DNA of 64,000 bases from Clostridia bacterium (GTDB lineage Bacteria; Bacillota; Clostridia; Oscillospirales; CAG-272): NCBI GenBank assembly GCA_017481595.1, contig JAFUOY010000022.1, positions 40,713 to 104,712 of the forward strand, given 5' to 3'. This document shows, one piece after another, positions 55,895 through 64,000 of the stretch (position 1 is its first letter; each line of letters opens with the position of its first letter). The notes under the pieces are model-generated. The model was not told the DNA's origin, ran no database searches, and worked only from the letters and a program-made list of their open reading frames with translations. The translations under genes and the position numbers were made by a program.

Positions 55895-56085
55895 ATAGTT
55901 TAGAGTTATGAGGCTCGCTTTCGCTCACCGTTATAAGCTTGCATAGCAAGCGTTATGATATGATTGCCCATCTAACCTATAACTTGGCGAATCCAATCAT
56001 AACGATACGAAGTATCTCATAACTCATAACTTGCCCGCAAGGGCAATCATAGTTTAGCGTGAATACTCCGTTAAGAGTATCACGC
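55895..56085. repeat. word-hairpin array B (GTTATGA/GTTATAA x3, TCATAAC x4-5, with interleaved unique mini-hairpins)
   Basis: Direct reading of the sequence; see findings for coordinates. Confidence 0.8.
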
Positions 56086-56106
56086 CAATTGGATGCACGG
56101 TTTTTA

Positions 56107-58134
56107 TTATTTTTCGTATATACAACAGCCCTGTACCTTTGCAACGACGGGGGCAGTATAGGAATCAAAGATAAACAGGGAATACTGTCTTTCCTCCTCA
56201 CCGGAGTCAAGTCTGTAAAATATCTTATTCATTATCTCGTCAATATCCTCGTCACTCGTATCATTTTGGAATCTGATAATAAAGGTGCTTGCAAAAAAGT
56301 CCTCGGTAATTATCTTCTTTACAAGATAGATATGGGTTATTTTACCCTGTCCTACGTTTACAATATGGTCTGTAAGCTCATTTTTAAGATCTTCGTCCAT
56401 ATCGTCAAGGGCAAGATCGTCATCTGGCGAAACGTAGCTTAACTGACTGAAAACGTCTTTTTGCTTTTGCTGTATCTCCACGCTCTTCTCCCGAAATTCG
56501 TCAAGCTCCTTCTGTAATCCCATCATACAAAGGAATTTACCGATAAGCTCAAGCCCTGCATCGATGTAATTGGAATTTTCCTCAATTGCCGTGTAAATAT
56601 CGTCAATGCCGCTCTTGTCGTATTTTAAAAGAAGGGCGTGACCTCTTGACATATAGGCTTCAGCCACGGACGCCTTTGTCTTGCTCCGTTTAATAAGCTC
56701 GTCACTTAACTCGTAAAGCTCATCTACCATACTTAATTTGTGCATCGCGCTCATGATTGGACGCGCCTCCTCAGAGGTAAGCTCTCTTTTGTTTTCGCGC
56801 CATTCGTTCACTATACTAAGGGGCTCAAGATATTCCTCTTTTCGCTCATTTTCGTAGTTGTCCTTGCCATTTTCATATATCTGATTGTCAATACGGGCAA
56901 GAGCTTTTTCAAATTCCCTGCGGTACTCTCCGTCAGAAGGAAGAGGTAATGTGTTAAGCTCACTTACTCCCACAGCCTCAAGTCGGCTGCGCACTATGGG
57001 ATGGGATGCGCTTCGCGCCTGTATTTCAGAAGAAATAAGCTTATTCCAAAATTCCTTTCTTTCGGGCAGCGCTTTGCGAAACGCGCCTAAAAGTATTTCT
57101 ATAACGTTTGGTCTGCGACTTTCGGGCTCGTAGAAATTATCCTTCATATGCATATAAAGCTCGTTAGAGAAATATTCGTTGTAGGCAAGCTTTATAAGAG
57201 AGGATGCGTACGCCTCGGGGTCGCCGTGCTCCAGAATGATCCTGTCGGCTATTTCCTCAATAAGCTGGGAAGAGGTCGTTCTGAATGAAAAATACTCAAA
57301 GGTGTATACAAAATCGCAATAGCGGAACAGCATACTGATTATTTTATTGTATTTTGTATCGTCAGCCTGGGTTATGTAATTAAATAAGCGCTGCTCCTTG
57401 TCCATGGGCTTTGTCGTGTGGGCAAATTCGTGAAGAAGCACCTGGTAAAGCTCCTCCTCCGTAAGTATATCAAGAAGCGCAACGCCAAGCTGGAGAGAGA
57501 ATACCTTACCGATTCTTGCAATGCCCGCATTACAGTCGGCAAGGAACACTATTTTAATTTCACCCTTTATACCAACAGTCTTTTGCGCCTTGTAGGCTAT
57601 GGAATAAATGTGTGGGTAGTCGCTTTCCGATACGTACTCGGAAAAATCGTACTTTTCCCCTGCAAGCTGTATTCTGTTGAAATATCCGATAATTACGTAA
57701 GCGGGGAAAATAGTTATTGCGGGGCTTAATTTACTTATGCCCAAAGCAAATGTGATAAATAAAGCGACAGCAAAGAGGATAAAGGAATACAAGCCAATAA
57801 AAAGGCGTAGGCGTACTATTTTTCCCGTAGCCCTTTCAAGGCTTTTGCGTGCCTCCGCCTGTCTTTCGAGGAAAAGATTTTGAGAGTCGGCAACGCTCAT
57901 ATCAAGCTTTTTCTTGTATCCCTTTGCAAGAAAGTAGTTTAGCGGAAGCAATATTATTGCTATAAAGAGTATCATACCCAAGGCTACGTAGCCCATTACG
58001 TTAACCTGCTCGTCAGTCAGCTTTAATGAGGTAACCGCGCCCAAAGCAAAGGTAAGTACACAAATTATTACGGTAAGGACCACGCGCGGGATGAAGCCCT
58101 TTTCTATGGATTTTTTATTGTTCATATTTTTCAC
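56107..58134 (-). CDS. membrane-bound HEXXH zinc metallopeptidase-like protein (M48/M56-like)
   Basis: N-terminal TM helices, an LLHEFAHT motif and a long helical C-terminal region. Confidence 0.55.
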   Translation of the reverse strand: MKNMNNKKSIEKGFIPRVVLTVIICVLTFALGAVTSLKLTDEQVNVMGYVALGMILFIAIILLPLNYFLAKGYKKKLDMSVADSQNLFLERQAEARKSLERATGKIVRLRLFIGLYSFILFAVALFITFALGISKLSPAITIFPAYVIIGYFNRIQLAGEKYDFSEYVSESDYPHIYSIAYKAQKTVGIKGEIKIVFLADCNAGIARIGKVFSLQLGVALLDILTEEELYQVLLHEFAHTTKPMDKEQRLFNYITQADDTKYNKIISMLFRYCDFVYTFEYFSFRTTSSQLIEEIADRIILEHGDPEAYASSLIKLAYNEYFSNELYMHMKDNFYEPESRRPNVIEILLGAFRKALPERKEFWNKLISSEIQARSASHPIVRSRLEAVGVSELNTLPLPSDGEYRREFEKALARIDNQIYENGKDNYENERKEEYLEPLSIVNEWRENKRELTSEEARPIMSAMHKLSMVDELYELSDELIKRSKTKASVAEAYMSRGHALLLKYDKSGIDDIYTAIEENSNYIDAGLELIGKFLCMMGLQKELDEFREKSVEIQQKQKDVFSQLSYVSPDDDLALDDMDEDLKNELTDHIVNVGQGKITHIYLVKKIITEDFFASTFIIRFQNDTSDEDIDEIMNKIFYRLDSGEEERQYSLFIFDSYTAPVVAKVQGCCIYEK

Positions 58135-58751
58135 CTTTCATATTTTATTTTTGAACTGTCTCCGTGGCCGGAATAGAAGGTTATCTCCCCGTCAAGAGCC
58201 AAAATTTTTGTAAGGGAGCGCCGCATATCGGAGAAGCTACCGTATTTAAAATCCGTCCTTCCGTAGCCGTTTGCAAAAAGCACGTCACCCGTCAGCATAA
58301 GGCTGCTTTCCTCACATAAAAGGCACATAGAACCGGGGGTATGTCCGGGGGCGTGGATGATTTTAAATGAAATTTCGTCCTCCTTCTTCGCCGCGTCAAG
58401 TGTAAGCGTATCCCCGTCCCGCACCGTGAGGTAAGGATGGTCATAGGATCTTCCACTTGAAATAAAGGTAGAAAGATTTGCATCGGGATCGTATAAGACC
58501 TTCAATTCGTCAACGTGGCAAACTATTTTTGCATCGGGAAATGCTTTTGCGTACTCGTCAATATAATGGGCGTGATCAAAATGACCGTGTGTAAGGACGA
58601 TATAAAGGACCCTGTATCCGTTTTTTGTCACAAATTCCATAGCCTGCTGCGGCTTGCACCCGCAGTCAACTATCATTGCGCTCTTTCCCTTGTCGTTATA
58701 AACGACGTAGCTGTTGGAGTCAAGTATACCTCCGTATATCTGCTTTATCAT
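58131..58751 (-). CDS. MBL-fold metallo-hydrolase
   Basis: LTHGHFDH motif and a later HAPGHTPGS block. The start is moved to ATG 58751, after AAGGAGGG. It overlaps the downstream gene by 4 nt. Confidence 0.85.
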   Translation of the reverse strand: MIKQIYGGILDSNSYVVYNDKGKSAMIVDCGCKPQQAMEFVTKNGYRVLYIVLTHGHFDHAHYIDEYAKAFPDAKIVCHVDELKVLYDPDANLSTFISSGRSYDHPYLTVRDGDTLTLDAAKKEDEISFKIIHAPGHTPGSMCLLCEESSLMLTGDVLFANGYGRTDFKYGSFSDMRRSLTKILALDGEITFYSGHGDSSKIKYER

Positions 58752-58866
58752 AATATCCCTCCTTATCCTTAAATTCATTTTACATTATTTCGTACACATA
58801 GTCAAGGATTTTTTTGTAAATCCCTGTTGATGTCTTATTATTGGTACATTTATTTTGCCCGTAATA

Positions 58867-58895
58867 TTGAAAATATAATTTTTGTGTGCTATACT
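58867..58895 (+). promoter_or_regulatory. sigma-A type promoter of the WYL regulator gene
   Basis: TTGAAA, 17-nt spacer, TGc-TATACT. Confidence 0.5.
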
Positions 58896-58926
58896 TAGAA
58901 AAGAATATCTGTAAGGGAGAAAAGCT

Positions 58927-59931
58927 ATGACGCACGAAAACACAAGAAAAATCAAGCTGCTTAAATTATGGGAGCTTTTGAAAAGAGAAACCGACGAAAC
59001 CAACCCTATGGATACTGTGGAGATAATTGATAAGCTTTCTAAAGAGGGCATCGAGGTAGACAGAAAGATACTGTACAGCGATATAGATACTCTGAATAAA
59101 TTCGGCTTTGAGGTGCTTAAGGACAGATCCCGAAGAAACAGATATTACGTAATGGACAGAAGCTTTGATCTCCCCGAGGTACGTATTCTTATGGATGCGG
59201 TACAGGGCTCCGCCTTCGTTACCGAAAAGAAAACGGAGGAGCTTATTGATAAAATTTCATCCCTTGCAGGAAGCAAAAAGGGAGAGATCTTAAAAGAAAA
59301 GGTAGTAAGATTCGGCTCTGTAAAAAGCGAAAACGAAGCCATATTGTACTCCGTTGACACTATTGCCTCGGCTATCGAGCATAAAAATAAGATAAGCTTC
59401 AACTACTTTAATCTTGATATCCGCAGGTCGAAATCTTACAGAATGTGTAAGGATGATCCCACCTTAGTAAGACAGTATAAGGTCAACCCTGTGGCTACGG
59501 TTTTTGCAAACGATCAGTATTATCTCGTGTGCTACGACGATAAGCATACGGGTCTTGCCAACTACAGGATCGACAGAATGGAAAAGGTTAAGGAGCTTGA
59601 TGAGGCTATAAGGGAGAACAAGGAAATTGAGGGAATTGATCTGGCGGAAAGAAACCGTCAGATGTTCGGTATGTTCGGGGGAGAAACGCAAACGGTCTCC
59701 TTTGAAGCAGATAAGACCCTTCTTGACGTAATTTTTGATAAATTCGGCTCCCGGGTGGAAATGTATGAAAACAAGGACGGCAAGCTTATTTGCAAGGTCG
59801 AGGTGCAGACAGGACCTATGTTTATTGCCTGGTGCTGCTCCTTTGATTCCCGCTTAAAGGTAGTGTCCCCTCCCTCCACCGTAAACGCAGTAAAATCCCA
59901 CCTCCAAAAAACCTTGGAGCAATATAACTAA
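58927..59931 (+). CDS. HTH + WYL domain transcriptional regulator
   Basis: N-terminal wHTH and a central WYL-type block (DQYYLVCYDD...ANYRIDRM). Confidence 0.75.
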   Translation: MTHENTRKIKLLKLWELLKRETDETNPMDTVEIIDKLSKEGIEVDRKILYSDIDTLNKFGFEVLKDRSRRNRYYVMDRSFDLPEVRILMDAVQGSAFVTEKKTEELIDKISSLAGSKKGEILKEKVVRFGSVKSENEAILYSVDTIASAIEHKNKISFNYFNLDIRRSKSYRMCKDDPTLVRQYKVNPVATVFANDQYYLVCYDDKHTGLANYRIDRMEKVKELDEAIRENKEIEGIDLAERNRQMFGMFGGETQTVSFEADKTLLDVIFDKFGSRVEMYENKDGKLICKVEVQTGPMFIAWCCSFDSRLKVVSPPSTVNAVKSHLQKTLEQYN

Positions 59932-59932
59932 C

Positions 59933-59963
59933 AAAAATGCGACCACATGGTCGCATTTTTTTT
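59933..59963. terminator. bidirectional intrinsic terminator
   Basis: AAATGCGACC-ACAT-GGTCGCATTT flanked by A- and T-runs. A near copy lies at 63652-63681. Confidence 0.8.
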
Positions 59964-59981
59964 AAATGAAATCTGTATAAA

Positions 59982-60293
59982 TCAGTCTTCCGTTTCTTCT
60001 GAGGGAGGACAAAAGCCCTTTCTTCCACAATTTGGACACTTAGCTATACGTGAGCCGTTAAGATGAATTGTAATATACAAATGGTACCATTTGGGCTTGA
60101 ATTTTGTTTTACATTCCGGGCAAACATATGTTTTAGAAATTATAAAGAGATAAAGCACAACAAATAAAACCGCCACGGGAACGGCAATAACCCACCACGC
60201 AACGTCATATTGCCGATCGAACCAATTTACCTTACAGGAGGTCAAGGAAAGAACCGTAATAAGTATTAGTAAAACAGCTATAAATTTTTTCAT
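59982..60293 (-). CDS. small membrane protein with C-terminal zinc ribbon
   Basis: The start is MKKFIAVLLILITVLSLTSC. A second TM helix follows, then CPECK...CPNCG. The tracked 36-aa extension overlaps the upstream gene and is rejected. Confidence 0.6.
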   Translation of the reverse strand: MKKFIAVLLILITVLSLTSCKVNWFDRQYDVAWWVIAVPVAVLFVVLYLFIISKTYVCPECKTKFKPKWYHLYITIHLNGSRIAKCPNCGRKGFCPPSEETED

Positions 60294-60297
60294 TTTA

Positions 60298-61278
60298 TCA
60301 GTCTCCTTTAATAAAATCAGCAAAGGCTGAGATAACCTCGCTTGGAAAATCTGCCTGAGTATATAATGACGAAGCATCCGTAGTATCGATCTTATACCCA
60401 AAATGGCTTATATCATCATATATGCGTATTGATACGCTTGAAGAATTTGAAAGGTGTGTTGACCATAGATCAAGATCCTTATCAAAGGATTGCTTATCGA
60501 ATTTACTGTTAATTATAAGTGTTTTTATGTTAGCCTCAGAAATATTTTTTATAGTATCTATCTGATTATAGGATGCCCAATAGTAATCGCTTGCGCCGTA
60601 ATAATAGTATCCCTTTGCAGATGAACCAGTTGCGTTTTTGGCAGCCTCTGCATACGTGGTATAAGATACTTTATTGACAGGATCAAGCGCAGAATATTGA
60701 TCGCAGGCAATATCCGCAAGATGCCGCGCGGAGCTGTTAAAAAGTATCATACCGTCAATATCCGCGTTGCTTACGGCAAGCTCGGTGGCAATCTGACCCC
60801 CAAGGCTGTGCCCAAGTAAATACAAGCCCGAAATATTCTGCGACCTTAAATATTCAATAGCGGCAGTACAATCATTTAGGTATTCTTCTTCAATACCGCA
60901 CCTTATATCAAAGTTTGCGGCATAGTTAAAGGTTCTTTTATCCACTCTTAGGGAATTTATACCTTTTTTGGCAAGTCCGTTTGCAATATCCTTAAAGGGC
61001 TTCAATGCGCCGATAGCCTCGTCGTAATCACTTGGTCCGGAGCCTGCAATCAACAAAACGGCGGGATGGGCTTTTCCGTCATCAATATAAGTATAAACGG
61101 CATTTAATTTATATCCGTCACTTTCTAAAACGAAATGCTTTTCCTCAATACTGCTTTGGGGAATGTCCTGATTTGGTATATTTGTCGAGTCCTTCGAGCT
61201 TGTTTCATTTCCGTCAGTATTGCATCCGTAAAGCAAAACGGCGCACAAAAGTAAAATAGCAGCAATAATTCTTTTCAT
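60298..61278 (-). CDS. alpha/beta hydrolase lipoprotein
   Basis: Lipobox LLYGCN and the GHSLGG nucleophile elbow. Confidence 0.8.
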   Translation of the reverse strand: MKRIIAAILLLCAVLLYGCNTDGNETSSKDSTNIPNQDIPQSSIEEKHFVLESDGYKLNAVYTYIDDGKAHPAVLLIAGSGPSDYDEAIGALKPFKDIANGLAKKGINSLRVDKRTFNYAANFDIRCGIEEEYLNDCTAAIEYLRSQNISGLYLLGHSLGGQIATELAVSNADIDGMILFNSSARHLADIACDQYSALDPVNKVSYTTYAEAAKNATGSSAKGYYYYGASDYYWASYNQIDTIKNISEANIKTLIINSKFDKQSFDKDLDLWSTHLSNSSSVSIRIYDDISHFGYKIDTTDASSLYTQADFPSEVISAFADFIKGD

Positions 61279-61283
61279 TTGTC

Positions 61284-61985
61284 TTACCTCGCATTCAGAT
61301 CATAATATCCAAGCCAAAGCCCATCGATTTTACCACCGTGGAATACGTAGGTGATTTTAAGACCAAGCTTTGAAAATCTGACATAGCAATACAGCTTATT
61401 TGAAAACATACCGTCGGCAACTGTTTTATCAATGGAAACAAATTTACCAAGGGGAGATAGTGTATCCTTGCGTACTGCGAGGAAAACGGATCTTGGCATA
61501 TATTCTGTCATGCGGGGACTTAAATATTTATAAAGCGTTTCGTTATCTTCGTTCAAAATAGCATCTGTGCAAATTCGGGCAATTTCTTTTTCCTCAGCAT
61601 TTGTGACAGAAGAAAGCTGCCAATCCTCGGTAAATATATCCTTACCCGATTCAATCACCGATAAGGCTTCATTTAAAAGATTGATTTCACGAATACGGGA
61701 ATCAATAAAAGCGTATATTTCCGCGCGCTTGGAAAGAACGGCGTCCCTTAAGTCAGTTCCCTTGGTTTGCAATTCCGAAATTGATTTTACGGACAATCCC
61801 AATGCGCGAAGAATAAGAACGTTTTTGATATTGGAAATTTGTTCCTCCGTATATTGCCTGCGGGATGAAATTCCAACTGTGGTGCTTTGAATAATACCCT
61901 TTTCTTCGTAAAACCGAAGAGTCCTTGACGTTGTGCCAAGCATCCTGCAAACCTCTGCAATATCGTATAAAGAATTCTGATGCAT
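61284..61985 (-). CDS. MerR family transcriptional regulator
   Basis: YDIAEVCRMLGTTSRTLRFYEEKGII HTH. Confidence 0.85.
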   Translation of the reverse strand: MHQNSLYDIAEVCRMLGTTSRTLRFYEEKGIIQSTTVGISSRRQYTEEQISNIKNVLILRALGLSVKSISELQTKGTDLRDAVLSKRAEIYAFIDSRIREINLLNEALSVIESGKDIFTEDWQLSSVTNAEEKEIARICTDAILNEDNETLYKYLSPRMTEYMPRSVFLAVRKDTLSPLGKFVSIDKTVADGMFSNKLYCYVRFSKLGLKITYVFHGGKIDGLWLGYYDLNAR

Positions 61986-62125
61986 ATACTCACCCCTTTC
62001 TATATTGTATCATATCACTTGACGTTGCGTCAATGTCAAGTCAAAATGAAAAATAAATTTGGCGTACCTGCAAAACAAGTACGCCAAATCCATTTTTACA
62101 TATAAATCAATCATATCAGTAAAAA

Positions 62126-63544
62126 TTACAGCATTATTTTATTAAATTCCGTAGGATAATGGATCTTATACCACATAAGGGTTAGCGCTATCCTTGTATA
62201 AGTCACACCGTGAGCCTTAGGAAACAAATATGCGATCTTGCAAATAGATTCAATAAACCAATCCTCCGCGCCAATTGATTTCAGTCCGTTCTTAACGCTA
62301 TCGGGCATGCCGTTGTTGCAATATATACCCCTACGCGTGTCCTCCATTACCTTGTAGGCAAATCCCGTATCGGCAGATCCCTTGTCGGTTATCCTTTTCT
62401 GTATATAGTTGAATACGTCGTCACGATATGCGACAAGGTTTACTATAGAGTGACCGTTTTCGATAAGCTTATTTCCGTTATTAAGCCAAACGTTTGTGCC
62501 GTGGGCAAAGCCCGAGATCTGTATCAGCTCGCAATAGGATGCGGGAGAGATCAAGCGTAACATATTTTTCATAAAGTCACTCTTAAAATCACTTATTCCG
62601 TCGGTATTGCATTTGCGAAATTCCTCTGAAATTTCCTCGGAGATAAATGGTATTCTTTCAAAGGAGGTAGCCGTCTGGCGCTCCAATTCTCTGTAACGTC
62701 GGAATTCCTCGTTAACGCAAAGGGTTACCGAGCACTTGGATTTTTCTGATATAACCTCGAATCCGGTTATTTTGTTTGGTTCAAATTCTTCCTTTGTGAT
62801 TTTATGATCCTTAAAATAATCCAAAATAAATTTTGTTGCCAAGGGAAGATATTCGAAAGATACTGATATATTAAAGCTTGTGTTTCGATGCACCACGTGT
62901 CGATACGTCTCGAAGGGAATGTTGTGCCCATCCGTGCGCATTGCTTTTCCACAGGAGCAGCTTCTTCCTTCAAGATCCCATCCGTCCTTAGCGCTATCAT
63001 CAAATATAACTGCGTGACATTCGGGACAGTAATAATGCGGCTTTAACGGGTTTACATCCGTTGCTCCCAAAAGATAGGCAACGAAGGACGCCCCCGCTCC
63101 GCCTCGCACGCAAATATGCTCCCCTTGCCTTCTTGCATCCCTTGTAAGAGCAGAGAGCATATCAAAATATACTATCATATCCGTGTCCTGCATTTCTGCC
63201 TGCTCGGTTAAAAATCTGTTTGTAATTTCAATAGGCGTATTATCCCCATATAGTTGGCTTATTTTGTCATACGTCTTTTTCCATAATTGCTTTTTCATTG
63301 CAAATACTCCTTTATTGTCCCTTTTTTCAAGGGAATTATATTTGCAAGTCAGTAGCTCGTCAACGCTGATCTCAAGCACCTCACTGAGCTTAAATAAAAT
63401 ACTGCTTTTCGGCTTGGAAAAGCCGTTTTCCCATTTTGAAACCGCCTTGTCGGAAACGCCGACGAGCGCGCCGAGCTGATACTGCGTAAGGCCTCGCAGC
63501 AGTCTCAACTCATGCAGAAAATTACAAAAACTATAGTCCCTCAT
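62126..63544 (-). CDS. XRE HTH fused to a truncated PolC-like (PHP/Zn-finger/palm-remnant) region
   Basis: The N-terminus is [26 protein letters not shown]. PolC-like blocks follow: [28 protein letters not shown]...[36 protein letters not shown]. Confidence 0.7.
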   Translation of the reverse strand: [472 protein letters not shown]

Positions 63545-63651
63545 AACATCCTCCGTCTGCTTGCTGATTAAATTATATCATTCAATGCGTATTCCTTCAA
63601 TAGGGCACATATCTACCTGCGGTAGAAATTTTGTTTTTACTGCGTGTGTAC

Positions 63652-63681
63652 AAAAAATGCGACCCTGTGGTCGCATTTTTT
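63652..63681 (-). terminator. intrinsic terminator (bidirectional form)
   Basis: AAATGCGACC-CTGT-GGTCGCATTT, immediately after the TrkA-C gene stop. Confidence 0.75.
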
Positions 63682-63682
63682 A

Positions 63683-64000
63683 TTATACAAGCTTGTTTAT
63701 TTTTGATTTGTTTATAAGGAGAACCAATTTCATATCCTTAGTAAGAGGAGCGTCGGGAACGATATCCGTAGAAAGGCTCTCTCCCTTGCGCACCGCAACT
63801 ATGTTAATGGAATATTTCTTTCTTAAATTAAGCTCGATAAGTGATTTTCCTACCCATTCGGGCTTAACGTCTATCTCTATCATTGATATCTCACCGGAAA
63901 GCTCTATAATGTCCACAAAACCGGAGCTTAAGAGATTTTTTGCAAGGCGCTGTCCCGATTCGCTCTCGGGGAAGATGACCTTATCCGCGCCAACGCGGAG
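63683..64000 (-). CDS. TrkA/KtrA-family K+ uptake regulatory subunit, 5' end beyond window
   Basis: The frame stays open to nt 64000 (LRVGADKVIFPESESGQRLAKNL...). The tracked GTG is internal. A TrkA-C domain follows. Confidence 0.75.
   Translation of the reverse strand, partial: LRVGADKVIFPESESGQRLAKNLLSSGFVDIIELSGEISMIEIDVKPEWVGKSLIELNLRKKYSINIVAVRKGESLSTDIVPDAPLTKDMKLVLLINKSKINKLV

Overview
This 64-kb chromosomal window comes from a Firmicute, most likely a gut-associated member of the Clostridia. Supporting signs are a Cys2 bile-salt hydrolase, spoVG, PolC-type sequence, GGAGG ribosome-binding sites and TTGACA-17-TATAAT promoters. I count about 62 protein-coding genes. I found no rRNA, tRNA, CRISPR array, transposase or integrase. 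The backbone is housekeeping: dxs, holA, cysE, murC, hisS-aspS, nrdR, truB-nrnA-rbfA, rmuC, trxA, hslO, trmO, rbsK, an EF-G paralog and a PTS EIIA/EIICB pair. It is interleaved with accessory genes: GH2, MFS, heparinase II/III-like, a BspA-type LRR lipoprotein, GNAT, MerR, XRE and WYL regulators. Items worth a second look, in rough order: (1) Two convergent intergenic regions (about 39.94-40.17 kb and 55.90-56.09 kb) carry 'word-hairpin arrays'. A constant 7-mer and its reverse complement are repeated around a centre, and every interval holds a different mini-hairpin. The two loci share the architecture but use different sequences. (2) A near-identical promoter / palindromic operator / lipoprotein signal peptide / PTTEA-linker cassette heads two unrelated lipoprotein genes. 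The copies are in inverted orientation and bracket about 26 kb. (3) A five-gene operon holds two archaeal-type SipW signal peptidases and two TasA/camelysin-like paralogs. (4) A tandem pair of MutS domain-V ATPases lacks mismatch-binding and nuclease domains. (5) An XRE HTH is fused to a truncated PolC-like fragment that has lost its catalytic aspartates. (6) A class-II-like cobalamin riboswitch sits upstream of an orphan DUF4430 lipoprotein. (7) A terminator/antiterminator leader sits upstream of pnuC. (8) An NhaC-family transporter has a DnaJ-type CxxCxGxG zinc finger at its N-terminus. All calls come from reading the sequence and from remembered family signatures. No database search was run.
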